Under the pieces are notes generated by a model. The model searched no databases. It was not told where the DNA came from and was given only the letters and a program-made list of their open reading frames with translations. Of a stretch of 64,000 bases of DNA, positions 46,577 to 56,097 are shown in pieces. Within the stretch, counting starts at the first letter, position 1; each line of letters begins with the position of its first letter. The translations under genes and the position numbers were made by a program. The stretch is from Desulfobacterales bacterium (GTDB taxonomy: Bacteria; Desulfobacterota; Desulfobacteria; Desulfobacterales; UBA5852): positions 2,048,001 through 2,112,000 of the forward strand of contig CAXXVS010000003.1 of assembly GCA_963674755.2 (NCBI GenBank), read 5' to 3'.

Positions 46577-48376
46577 ATGACTGACGCACCGGACGCTCCC
46601 CATACACGCGAACGATTGCAGCCAGAAGAAATGGAACGCTGGTATCTCTCCGTATTCGAAAACACGGGGACGGCGATGGCCATCTTGGAGCAGGATCTTA
46701 CCCTGCACAGTTTCAATTCGGAATTCGTCCGCTTGACCGGTATTCCGGCGGAAGAATTACGGCGCCGGCGGGTTTTCAGGGAACTGGTGGACGACGCGGA
46801 TTATATCCGCTTGAGCGTTTACCACGAGCAGCGCTGCCGGGAGGGCGGCAAGGCCCCTTCGGAGTACGAATTAGAACTGCTGACACGCGGTGGGGACCGG
46901 AAAATCGTCGCTCTGAAGGCTGACGTGATTCCCGGCACCCGCCGGACCATCGTTTCCCTGGTGGATATTTCGCGCCGCAAACAGGCGGAACAGGCCTACC
47001 GCGAAAGCCAGGAGCAATTGAAGCGCCTTTTGGATAACATGCCGGGCATGGCTTACAGCATCGAGGACGACGAGGACAAAACCATTTCCATGGTCAGCCG
47101 CGGGGCCCTGGCATTCACCGGTTTCGATCCCGAGACACTGGTGGGCGGCAAATTCGCGGACCGTTTTGAAAAGCACATTCATCCGGACGATGCCGACGAG
47201 GTCCGGATGACGGTGGAAACCGCCCTTGAAGCCGGACAGCCTTTCGAAACCGTCTTTCGTCTGCGGATGGCTTCCGGGAACTACAAATGGGTCCGCAATC
47301 GGGGGGTTGGGGTCTATGACGCCCAGGGGCGTCTGCGGCGTCTGGAAGGGCTCGTCACCGACATCGATGCCGCCAAGCAGGCCGAGCTGGAGCTTTGCAA
47401 GGAAAACCAGCGGCTGCGATCCAGCATTCAGGACCGCTTTCGTTTCGGGCCGATCCTGGGGCGCAGTACGCCCATGCAGAACGTCTACGAAATGATCCTG
47501 AAGGCGGCCGCCTCCAGCGCCAATGTGGTCATCTACGGCGAATCGGGCACCGGCAAGGAACTCGTATCGCGCGCCATCCACGACCTCAGCGACCGCCGGG
47601 AGCAGGCCTTTGTGCCCGTCAATTGCGGCGCCATTCCCGAAAGCCTGCTGGAGAGCGAATTCTTCGGTTATAAGAAAGGGGCTTTCACCGGGGCCGATCG
47701 CGACAAACACGGTTATCTCGATTTGGCCCACGGCGGGACCCTTTTTCTGGATGAAGTCGGCGAGATCGGACCGGCCATGCAGGTCAAACTGCTGCGGGCC
47801 ATCGAAGGCGGCGGGTATACGCCGGTGGGCGGCAAATCCCTTCACAAGGCGGACATCCGCATCGTGGCGGCCACCAACCGCGACACGTTGCAGATGGTCC
47901 GCGAGGGGCGGATGCGGGAAGATTTCTACTACCGGATCCATGTCATTCCCGTCCACCTTCCCCCTTTGCGGGAGCGCCTGCCGGATATTCCGCTGCTGGT
48001 GGAACACTTTTTGACGTCATACGGTGACGAGGGGCGGCGGCGTTACCCCCTTCCGGGAACGGTCATGGAAGCGCTCATGCGCCATCCCTGGCCGGGCAAT
48101 GTCCGCGAACTGCAAAACGTTTTGCACCGCTACGTTACCCTGGGGCGATTGGTCCTGGAGGACAATCATGGCGGCGGGCCCGACCATCCCAAGGCCGGGG
48201 CGGCTGTCGGAAGCGACGCCGGCCGGATGTTGGCGGAAGCCCTGGGGCGTTTCGAAAAGGACTACCTGCTGGACCAACTGCAGCAGCACCGCTGGCATGT
48301 CGGCCGCACGGCCGCTTCACTGGGTATCGACCGCCGGACGCTGCAGCGCAAGATGAAGCGTTTCGGGCTCTATTAG
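46577..48376 (+). CDS. PAS-PAS sigma54-dependent activator (Fis HTH)
   Basis: [39 protein letters not shown]-terminal HTH. Confidence 0.93.
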   Translation: MTDAPDAPHTRERLQPEEMERWYLSVFENTGTAMAILEQDLTLHSFNSEFVRLTGIPAEELRRRRVFRELVDDADYIRLSVYHEQRCREGGKAPSEYELELLTRGGDRKIVALKADVIPGTRRTIVSLVDISRRKQAEQAYRESQEQLKRLLDNMPGMAYSIEDDEDKTISMVSRGALAFTGFDPETLVGGKFADRFEKHIHPDDADEVRMTVETALEAGQPFETVFRLRMASGNYKWVRNRGVGVYDAQGRLRRLEGLVTDIDAAKQAELELCKENQRLRSSIQDRFRFGPILGRSTPMQNVYEMILKAAASSANVVIYGESGTGKELVSRAIHDLSDRREQAFVPVNCGAIPESLLESEFFGYKKGAFTGADRDKHGYLDLAHGGTLFLDEVGEIGPAMQVKLLRAIEGGGYTPVGGKSLHKADIRIVAATNRDTLQMVREGRMREDFYYRIHVIPVHLPPLRERLPDIPLLVEHFLTSYGDEGRRRYPLPGTVMEALMRHPWPGNVRELQNVLHRYVTLGRLVLEDNHGGGPDHPKAGAAVGSDAGRMLAEALGRFEKDYLLDQLQQHRWHVGRTAASLGIDRRTLQRKMKRFGLY

Positions 48377-48683
48377 ACGTCACCCCTCTAAGCGTTTTTC
48401 GCCCGGTCCACCGGATGCGGACCAGGTCCCCGAAGGCGGACCGATTCCCCCGGCGGAAATCCGTTCCGGTGTAGCGGCCCTGCTTCGATGCCTTGCCAAA
48501 GGCGCTGATCAGCGCCATATTTACATGGCTTGAACAGGCGGCAATAGGGGATGGCATTCCACCGGGATTTTATCGCCGCGGGTGGAGAAAACTGCGCGCT
48601 TTATTCGAACAGGCCGGCCGGCGTGACAGCACAAGGGAGGGCGGACCGGCCAACGAAAACCACCTCTGGAGAAGGGAGACATC

Positions 48684-49154
48684 ATGGCCCAGAAAATCCT
48701 GATTGCCTTGGACGATTCGGAAAATGCCCAACGCGCCGTCAACTATGTGGCGGACAACTTCCAGAATCATGCGTCGATCACTCTTTTCAGCGTGTTGACG
48801 GACACCGCCAGTCTGTGTGACATGAACAGCCCTGAATTGACGCCGCTTTTCAGGTCCGAGCAGGCGAGTTTCTGCCAACTGGAAGACAAGAAGCACAGCC
48901 TCATCAAAGCGGCCTGTGAGAAGGGCAAGCAGATCCTCGAAGAGGCCGGCTGGGATCCGGCCTACATTACGATCAAGGTGGGGCCCAAACGAAAGGGGGT
49001 GGCCCGGGACATTGTCCAGGAGGCGGCCCAGGGCTGCGACCTGGTCGTGATCGGCAAACACGGGGTGTCCGGCATCCGGGAATTCTTTATGGGCAGTATC
49101 CCCCAGAAAGTGCTTCAGCTGGCGAAGGATGTATCAGTGCTCATCGTCAACTAG
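48684..49154 (+). CDS. Universal stress protein
   Basis: KILIALDDSENAQRA, DLVVIGKHG..FMGSIPQKVL. Confidence 0.9.
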   Translation: MAQKILIALDDSENAQRAVNYVADNFQNHASITLFSVLTDTASLCDMNSPELTPLFRSEQASFCQLEDKKHSLIKAACEKGKQILEEAGWDPAYITIKVGPKRKGVARDIVQEAAQGCDLVVIGKHGVSGIREFFMGSIPQKVLQLAKDVSVLIVN

Positions 49155-49298
49155 TGTCCGTCCAGAGGTGGCATCTTTCGGTCCCGGCCGGCGTTCTCGC
49201 TCTTTGGAAATCCTCGACGTAGCCGGGCTACGCCTGCGGTTTCCAAATCGCTGCGGCCTTGGCCGGAACCAAAATCTACCACCTCTGGACGGACACAA
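49152..49298. repeat. MITE/REPIN-like structured repeat, copy 5
   Basis: Perfect 18-bp TIR GTGTCCGTCCAGAGGTGG/CCACCTCTGGACGGACAC. Confidence 0.9.
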
Positions 49299-49402
49299 GG
49301 TGGTATCTCTGAATGAACAAGGCGGTTTCTTTGGGAGAGGCCGCCTTAGACGTTTCATCTTACAGTCCCGCACGTCCGGCTCGCATTTTATTAAGGAGCG
49401 GT

Positions 49403-50716
49403 ATGTTTACCATCAAGGAAGTGCTTTCCACCGAGGTCGCGCCGGCCCTGGGGTGTACCGAACCTGTCGCCATCGCGCTGGGTGCGGCTGCGGCCGCGAC
49501 GTTGATCGCGGGTGCGGTGCGTCAGATTGAGGTGGCCGTCGATCCGAATATCTACAAAAACGGGTTGGCCGTATCCATTCCGGGTACCGACGGGCTTTCC
49601 GGATTGGACCTGGCGGCGGCGATCGGAGCTGTGGCCGGCAATCCCCACCTCGGACTGCAGGTGCTCGACCCGGTGGACGACCAGGCCGTGGCGCAGGCCC
49701 GGCAGCTCATTGCGAACAACAGCGTCCGGGTCCGTTTGCTGGAAGACCGCCAGGGACTCTATATCCATACCACGGTGAGCGGTGACAAGGACCGGGCCGA
49801 GAGCGTCATCCGCGAAAGTCATGACAATATCGTGGCCCTGCGGTTCAACGGCCAGGCGGTTTGCGACCATCCTCTGGTTGCGATCGCGGGCGGTGCCGGC
49901 GGCGGCCCGGTCCGGGCCGATTTGGAAGCGTGGCTCAAGACACTGTCCCTCAAGGACCTCCTGGCCATGGTGGACGATCTGGACGATGACGACTTCGCCT
50001 TTTTGCAGGAGGGCGTCGACCACAACATGCAGCTGGCCGAATACGGCCTCAAGTTCGGTCCGGGACTGAACGTGGGCATGGCCTTTGAGCGCCTGGTGCG
50101 CCAGCGGCTGCTTTGCAAGGACATGGCCATGGCGGCTCGCATCCTGGCCTCGGCCGCGGCCGATGCCCGCATGGCCGGTGTCAAGCTGCCGGCCATGAGT
50201 TCGGCGGGCAGTGGCAACCACGGGCTGACCGCCGTCCTGCCCATCCGGGCGGTAAAAGATTATGTCGAATGTTCGGATAAGGTCTTCCTGGAGGCCATCG
50301 CCCTCAGCCACCTGCTGACCGCCTATGTCAAAACCCACACCGGTCGCCTGTCCGCGGTCTGCGGCTGCTCGATCGCAGCCGGGGCCGGGGCGACGGCCGG
50401 CATCACCTATCTCCTGGGCGGCCAGCTAAAGCATATCGCCGGCGCCATCACCAATCTGACCGAGGATCTGGCCGGGGTCATCTGCGACGGCGCCAAAGCC
50501 GGCTGCTCCCTCAAACTGGCCACGGCCGCCGGGTCGGCGGTCCAGGCGGCTCTGTTCGCCTTGCAGGGGGTGAACGTGCTGGCCACGGACGGCATCATCG
50601 GCCATTCCCCGGAACAGACCATGCAGAACGTGGGCACCCTCAGCACCCAGGGCATGGTGGAAACCGACCGCACGATCCTGAAAATCATGTTGGAAAAGAA
50701 ATTCCAGAACATTTAA
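49403..50716 (+). CDS. cyuA: L-cysteine desulfidase (YhaM/CyuA/CdsB family)
   Basis: PALGCTEP, DARMAG..MSSAGSGNHG, LSAVCGC, CDGAKAGCSLK; AAGGAG RBS. Confidence 0.85.
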   Translation: MFTIKEVLSTEVAPALGCTEPVAIALGAAAAATLIAGAVRQIEVAVDPNIYKNGLAVSIPGTDGLSGLDLAAAIGAVAGNPHLGLQVLDPVDDQAVAQARQLIANNSVRVRLLEDRQGLYIHTTVSGDKDRAESVIRESHDNIVALRFNGQAVCDHPLVAIAGGAGGGPVRADLEAWLKTLSLKDLLAMVDDLDDDDFAFLQEGVDHNMQLAEYGLKFGPGLNVGMAFERLVRQRLLCKDMAMAARILASAAADARMAGVKLPAMSSAGSGNHGLTAVLPIRAVKDYVECSDKVFLEAIALSHLLTAYVKTHTGRLSAVCGCSIAAGAGATAGITYLLGGQLKHIAGAITNLTEDLAGVICDGAKAGCSLKLATAAGSAVQAALFALQGVNVLATDGIIGHSPEQTMQNVGTLSTQGMVETDRTILKIMLEKKFQNI

Positions 50717-50727
50717 AAGGCTGCTTA

Positions 50728-51573
50728 TTGTCGAGACCGCCTGCCATGCGCTTACGGGACCAGCTGGAACAATGGTTGCTCAAACGAGCCGATCAGTGGG
50801 TTGACCGCCGGCCGCAACGGCCTGTCCGCCCGCCGCGCCTGGCCCGGGCCCGCCTCGTGGCCCACCGGGGCGCCTACGACAACCAGCAGGTTTTCGAGAA
50901 CACCCTCCCGGCCTTCGAACGGTTCCGGCGGGCGGGGGGCTGGGGGATCGAACTGGATGTGCGCTGGACACGCGACGGGGTGCCCGTCATCTCCCACGAT
51001 CCGGACGGCCGGCGGTTGTTCGGTGTCGATCACCCCATTGCCGACATGGATTTGGCAACCCTGCGGCAGCGTCTTCCCCTGGTACCGCCCCTGGCCGACA
51101 TCGTGACCCGTTTCGGCGGGCGGCTGCACCTGATGGTGGAAATCAAGTGTCTGCCGCCCAGGGATCGGCGCTCCTCGGCCGCCCTTCTCCAGCGTCATTT
51201 CGACGGACTCACCCCATCCCGGGACTATCATTTTCTCAGCCTGGATCATCGTCTATTGCAGCAGCTTGCGTTCACCCCCAGGGAGGCCTGCATCCCGATC
51301 GCCCGCGTCAATTCCGGGAAGGTCAGACGCATGGCCGAAATTTATGGCTGGGGAGGGGTTGCCGGCCACTATGCTCTGATCCGGCGGCGGCAGGTGGCGG
51401 CTCTCCATCGCCGTGGTTTTCGGGTCGGCACCGGATTCGTCAATTCCGCCAACAGTCTCCACCGTGAACTCAATCGGGGCGTGGACTGGCTGTTTTCCGA
51501 CCGGCCGCTGGGGCTGCAGCGCATGGTATCGTCTTCTATGCCGGGGCAAGCAGGTGCCGGTCCGGAACGATAG
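50728..51573 (+). CDS. Glycerophosphodiester phosphodiesterase family
   Basis: VAHRG, ENTLPAF, IELDV..DGVPVISHD, VEIK, FSDRP. Confidence 0.85.
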   Translation: MSRPPAMRLRDQLEQWLLKRADQWVDRRPQRPVRPPRLARARLVAHRGAYDNQQVFENTLPAFERFRRAGGWGIELDVRWTRDGVPVISHDPDGRRLFGVDHPIADMDLATLRQRLPLVPPLADIVTRFGGRLHLMVEIKCLPPRDRRSSAALLQRHFDGLTPSRDYHFLSLDHRLLQQLAFTPREACIPIARVNSGKVRRMAEIYGWGGVAGHYALIRRRQVAALHRRGFRVGTGFVNSANSLHRELNRGVDWLFSDRPLGLQRMVSSSMPGQAGAGPER

Positions 51574-51610
51574 GGTGTGTTGATTCACCGGGGTGCTCCC
51601 GCCGGAGCCT

Positions 51611-52927
51611 TTATCCGTGGGGAGGGGCGGGCCTGACCCGATAGAGGAGGATGGCCCCGATTACAAAGAGCACCATGACCGAAGCGATGCTGGTGCGGGT
51701 GGCCAGATCCGCCACCCAGGGCAAGGCTTCCGGGGAGGGGGCATAATGCCGTAAAATGCGCCGGGCGACCAGCCCCACCGTTCCCATCAGGGCCGGACCG
51801 ATGATGACCGCAAATTTCCCCAGCATGTTGTAGAGTCCGAAATACTCCGCCGAACGGCCTTCGGGGATCAGGCGGGCGTAGTAGGAGCGGCTCAACGCCT
51901 GGATACCGCCCTGGACCAGACCCACCGCCAGAGCAAGGCCAAAAAATTCCCAGCGATGGTGCATGCAAGCGCCCCATAGGGTGATCAGCATATAAAGGCC
52001 CAGGGCCAGGAAAAGGCTTTGCCGGGTACCCCAGCGCTGACCGAGACGACCGAAAAGCAGGGCGGCCGGAAACCCCACGAACTGGACGAGGAGCAGGGCG
52101 GTAATCAGGTCGGTAGCGGCGAAACCCAGCGACAAGCCGTAGTCCACCGCCATGCGAATGATGGTGTCGACACCGTCGATATAGAACCAGTAGGCCAGGA
52201 GGAAGAGAAACAGCGGTTTGCGGTTGCGGGCCTGCCGCAGGGTGGTGATGAGTTGGCGCCAGGCCCGTCGAAGGGTGTTCCCCCCGGAGGCTGTAGGATT
52301 GACCGGTGGTTCGGGAACCCAGTGAAAGGTGACCAGGCTGAATCCGCCCCACCAAACCGCCACGGTCAGAAAAGACCACTGGACGGCCGCCCCGCTGTCG
52401 GCCAGACCGAACCAGTGGGGCTTCAGCGTCATGAGGACGTTGACCAGCAAAAGCAGACCCCCGCCGAGATAGCCGGTGGCATAGCCCAGGGCCGAAACCC
52501 GGTCCAGATCCTGGCGGCCGGCCACGCACGGCAGCAGCGCATCGTAAAAGATAAGGGCCCCGGAAAAACCGATCAGGCTTGCACCGTAACACAGGAGGGC
52601 GCCCAGCCAGCGGCCCTGGGGCCAAAAGAAGAGAGTAGCCGTGGCCGTTACGCCCAAAAAGGTGAAAACGGCCAAAAACCGTTTGCGCAACCCGCCCCGG
52701 TCGGCGATGGCGCCCAATACCGGGGCCCAGGCCGCTACCAGGAGGCCGGCCAGGGCATTGCCGAAGCCCAGGCGGGCGGTGCTGATATTGACATCGACGC
52801 CGATACTCCAGAATTGTTTGAAGAATACCGGGAAAAAGCCGGCCATGACCGTGGTGGCGAAGGCGGAGTTGGCCCAGTCGTAGAGGGCCCAGCCCCAGAC
52901 GGCTCGACGATGTGGATCGGGCGGCAT
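51611..52927 (-). CDS. MFS transporter (UMF1/Atg22-like)
   Basis: WALYDWANSAF, GYATGYLGG, QALSRS, EYFGLYNMLGK. Confidence 0.88.
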   Translation of the reverse strand: MPPDPHRRAVWGWALYDWANSAFATTVMAGFFPVFFKQFWSIGVDVNISTARLGFGNALAGLLVAAWAPVLGAIADRGGLRKRFLAVFTFLGVTATATLFFWPQGRWLGALLCYGASLIGFSGALIFYDALLPCVAGRQDLDRVSALGYATGYLGGGLLLLVNVLMTLKPHWFGLADSGAAVQWSFLTVAVWWGGFSLVTFHWVPEPPVNPTASGGNTLRRAWRQLITTLRQARNRKPLFLFLLAYWFYIDGVDTIIRMAVDYGLSLGFAATDLITALLLVQFVGFPAALLFGRLGQRWGTRQSLFLALGLYMLITLWGACMHHRWEFFGLALAVGLVQGGIQALSRSYYARLIPEGRSAEYFGLYNMLGKFAVIIGPALMGTVGLVARRILRHYAPSPEALPWVADLATRTSIASVMVLFVIGAILLYRVRPAPPHG

Positions 52928-53212
52928 GTCGATAGATTCCTGGTGGTTGCTGCGGCAATTGCCCGTGCCCTCAGTGGGTGTTTCCTTTGCAAAAAGGGGG
53001 GGGCGGGCTAGCACCTGTCGTTAGGTAAAGGCGGGAGCCGGCCATCGGTGCCATATCCTTCCCCCGTCGAGGGCGGTGCGGCGCCGGCTTCCCCTATCTG
53101 TGCTGGGAAAGGCATAGGACCGATCCGACGGTGTTGTCAACCACCCTTGCCAGTTGCTTTTCTATGGACACAGGGGTAGGCTGCCGATTTCATGACGTCT
53201 TGACAGACCCCA

Positions 53213-55561
53213 ATGGGCCATGGGGATAGCCCAAAAATTGCTATGAAGATGTTGCTATCACGATATCGCCCTGTTTGGCTGGGCGTCCTGGCCGTTGCCT
53301 GTGCCGCCGTGATCTCCTTGAGCCTTTACAGCCTGTACCTCTACCATCAGGTGGAGACGCGGTTTTCCGGCCGCCGCTGGAGTATTCCGTCGCAGATTTT
53401 CTCCGACGTCACGCTCCTCTATCCCGGACTGCGCGTCAACCGCTCTCTTTTTGAAGCTAAACTGCTGCGCCTGGGCTACCGTCCTGTCAATAAAACACCC
53501 CAAAGGGAGGGGGAGATGCGGGTTAGACCCGGCGCCATCGAACTCTTCCTCCATCATCTGAATTTGCCGGAAGACGACCGAGAGGGGTATGGGGTACGCC
53601 TGAAATTCGAGCGTCAGACCCTGACTGCCCTGGAGCGCATGTCCCCCGGTCCGCCCCTGTCGTTGGTCACCCTGGAGCCCGAGTCCCTGGGGCTTTTTTT
53701 CGGACCCGAACGGGAGCAGCGGGAGCTGATCGCCATCGACCAGCTCCCCCGGCATGTCATCGATGCCGTCCTGGCCGCCGAGGACAGCCGTTTTTACGAC
53801 CATATCGGTCTGGACTGGCGGGGCATCGTGCGGGCGTTGGTGGCCAATATGCGTTTCGGCGGGATCCGCCAGGGGGGCTCCACCATCACCCAGCAGCTGG
53901 CCAAGAATTTCTTCCTTACCCCGGAACGGACCCTGACGCGCAAGTTAAAGGAAATGATGCTGGCCCTGGTCATCGAGGCCCGCTACGACAAGGCCACGAT
54001 TCTCGAAATCTATCTCAACGAAATCTACTTCGGGCAAAACGGTTCGGTGTCGGTCAACGGCATCGGCGAAGCGAGCCGGTTCTATTTCGACAAGCCCGCC
54101 CGGGAGCTGACCGTCGGCGAAGCCGCCACCCTGGCCGGTCTGATCAAAAGCCCCAACACCTACTCGCCATATATCGATCCCGCGCGCTGTCGTGCGCGGC
54201 GCGACACGGTCCTGGCCGCCATGCAACAGCACGGCTGGATTTCCGCAGCGGACGAGGCGGCGGCCCTCCAGACGCCCGTGCAGACGGCCGGTACCAGCGT
54301 CCGCCACAGCGCCCCGGCCTACTTTATCGACTATCTTTCGGGCCAGCTTGCCGAACTCTACGCCCCTGAAGACTTGGCCTCCCTGGGGCTTTCCATCTAC
54401 ACCACCATCGATACCCAGGTGCAGCAGGCCGCTGAAACCGCTCTGGCCAAAGGCCTGGCCCGCCTTGAGAAAACCCTGCCGGCCGGCGGGAAACCGTCAT
54501 CCGCCGAGCCCCTGCAGGGCGCCATTGTGGTGCTGAAGCCCCAGACCGGCGCCGTCCTGGCCATGGTCGGGGGGCGGGACTACGGCCTGAGCCAGTTCAA
54601 CCGGATCACCCAGGCTCGGCGTCAGGCCGGCAGCACTTTCAAGGTGTTTACCTATTTGGCAGCCCTGGAGGACAACTTCACGCCGATATCCGCCCTTTCC
54701 AATGAACCCCGCACCTATAGGGTGGACGGCAAACCCTGGCAGCCGCGCAATGCGGGTGTGCTGGACACCCCGGTGATCAGCCTGCGGGAAGCCCTGGCAC
54801 GATCGGTCAATCGCGCCACCGTGGATCTGGCCATGCGCGTCGGTCTGGATGCGGTGGTGCGCACGGCCCGGCAGTTCGACTTCTCCACCCCGCTGAAATC
54901 CTATCCTTCCCTGGCGCTGGGGGCGGTGGATGTCATTCCCCTCGAGCTGGCCCGGGCCTACTGCGTCTTTCCGGCCGCGGGTCTTCTCCCCAATCCCATC
55001 GGCTTGCGGGATGTCTTTGACGACCACCAGCAGCCCCTCACCCGGCGGCACATGACGGTCCAGCGTGTGGTTTCCCCGGCTCAGGCCTTCCTGATGACCT
55101 CGCTCTTGCGCAGCGTGGTCACCCAGGGCACGGCCCGAAGCCTGGCGGACTGGGGCGTCCGCTTCCCGGTGGCCGGCAAGACCGGCACCACGAACGATTC
55201 GCGGGACGCCTGGTTTGTGGGGTATACACCGGACATCCTCATCCTGGTATGGGTGGGCTACGACAATGGGGCCTCCATTCACGCCTCGGGGGCCGGGGCT
55301 GCGCTGCCCATCTGGGCGGAGCTGGCGCGTGCCATCCCCCATCAGATTACCGGCGCCGATTTCAGTACCCCGCCCGGGGTCGAAGCGGTCACCATCTGCG
55401 CCCGGGACGGCTTTGCCGCCCTGAACGGGGGCTGCGGAGAAACCATGACGGAATGGTTCCTGGAAGGACAGGTGCCCGAAGCCGTGGCGCGCCTGAAGCC
55501 GCCGGATTCCGTTTTCCAGAGACTGATGCAGACCATCAAGGGGGCCGTCAATGAGCGCTGA
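53213..55561 (+). CDS. mrcB: Penicillin-binding protein 1B (UB2H-like, GT and TP domains); start may be 53243
   Basis: LLRLGYR UB2H-like region, EDSRFYDH, GGSTITQQL, GSTFK, SVN, KTGT. Confidence 0.88.
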   Translation: MGHGDSPKIAMKMLLSRYRPVWLGVLAVACAAVISLSLYSLYLYHQVETRFSGRRWSIPSQIFSDVTLLYPGLRVNRSLFEAKLLRLGYRPVNKTPQREGEMRVRPGAIELFLHHLNLPEDDREGYGVRLKFERQTLTALERMSPGPPLSLVTLEPESLGLFFGPEREQRELIAIDQLPRHVIDAVLAAEDSRFYDHIGLDWRGIVRALVANMRFGGIRQGGSTITQQLAKNFFLTPERTLTRKLKEMMLALVIEARYDKATILEIYLNEIYFGQNGSVSVNGIGEASRFYFDKPARELTVGEAATLAGLIKSPNTYSPYIDPARCRARRDTVLAAMQQHGWISAADEAAALQTPVQTAGTSVRHSAPAYFIDYLSGQLAELYAPEDLASLGLSIYTTIDTQVQQAAETALAKGLARLEKTLPAGGKPSSAEPLQGAIVVLKPQTGAVLAMVGGRDYGLSQFNRITQARRQAGSTFKVFTYLAALEDNFTPISALSNEPRTYRVDGKPWQPRNAGVLDTPVISLREALARSVNRATVDLAMRVGLDAVVRTARQFDFSTPLKSYPSLALGAVDVIPLELARAYCVFPAAGLLPNPIGLRDVFDDHQQPLTRRHMTVQRVVSPAQAFLMTSLLRSVVTQGTARSLADWGVRFPVAGKTGTTNDSRDAWFVGYTPDILILVWVGYDNGASIHASGAGAALPIWAELARAIPHQITGADFSTPPGVEAVTICARDGFAALNGGCGETMTEWFLEGQVPEAVARLKPPDSVFQRLMQTIKGAVNER

Positions 55562-56015
55562 ATGGAAAACCTGGATTGTGGCGGCCGGGTTCCTGCTGTT
55601 GTTCGCCTGCCGGCCGGCCGTGATCGTCCCGCCGCCGGATACGGTACCGCCGACATCCCCCGAGCGGCCTGCGCCGCCCCCCCCCGTCCCATCGCCCGGT
55701 GCGGTCGAAAAGGAACTCAACAGCAGGGAACAGGTGGCCGCCGTCCTGACCGATCAGGGGCGCGGGCTGCTGAAGGCCGGCCGGGTGGATGGGGCCATCC
55801 GCGTTTTCGAACAGGCCGTGTCCCAATCCCCGCATTACGGGCCGGCCTATTTCTATCTGGCGGAGGCCTGGATGGCGAAGAACAACGGCCCCCAAGCCCG
55901 GGCCTTTCACGATCAGGCGATCCTCTATCTCCAGGGGCAAGCCGAGTGGGCTTCCCGTCTGGAGCGCCAGCAGATTGAAATCGATCGGCAGGTCTCCGGA
56001 CTTTCCCTTCCCTGA
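55551..56015 (+). CDS. TPR lipoprotein, LpoP-like
   Basis: Lipobox LFAC, Pro-rich linker, AIRVFEQAVSQSP..AYFYLAEAW; overlaps the PBP1B stop. Confidence 0.75.
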   Translation: MSAEWKTWIVAAGFLLLFACRPAVIVPPPDTVPPTSPERPAPPPPVPSPGAVEKELNSREQVAAVLTDQGRGLLKAGRVDGAIRVFEQAVSQSPHYGPAYFYLAEAWMAKNNGPQARAFHDQAILYLQGQAEWASRLERQQIEIDRQVSGLSLP

Positions 56016-56097
56016 AAAGATGTTCCGGCCCTGAAAAGACGTTCCGGACAGCCTTTCGCCAGGGGCGGGATTCACCCGGGCGGCCATCAACCATAGA

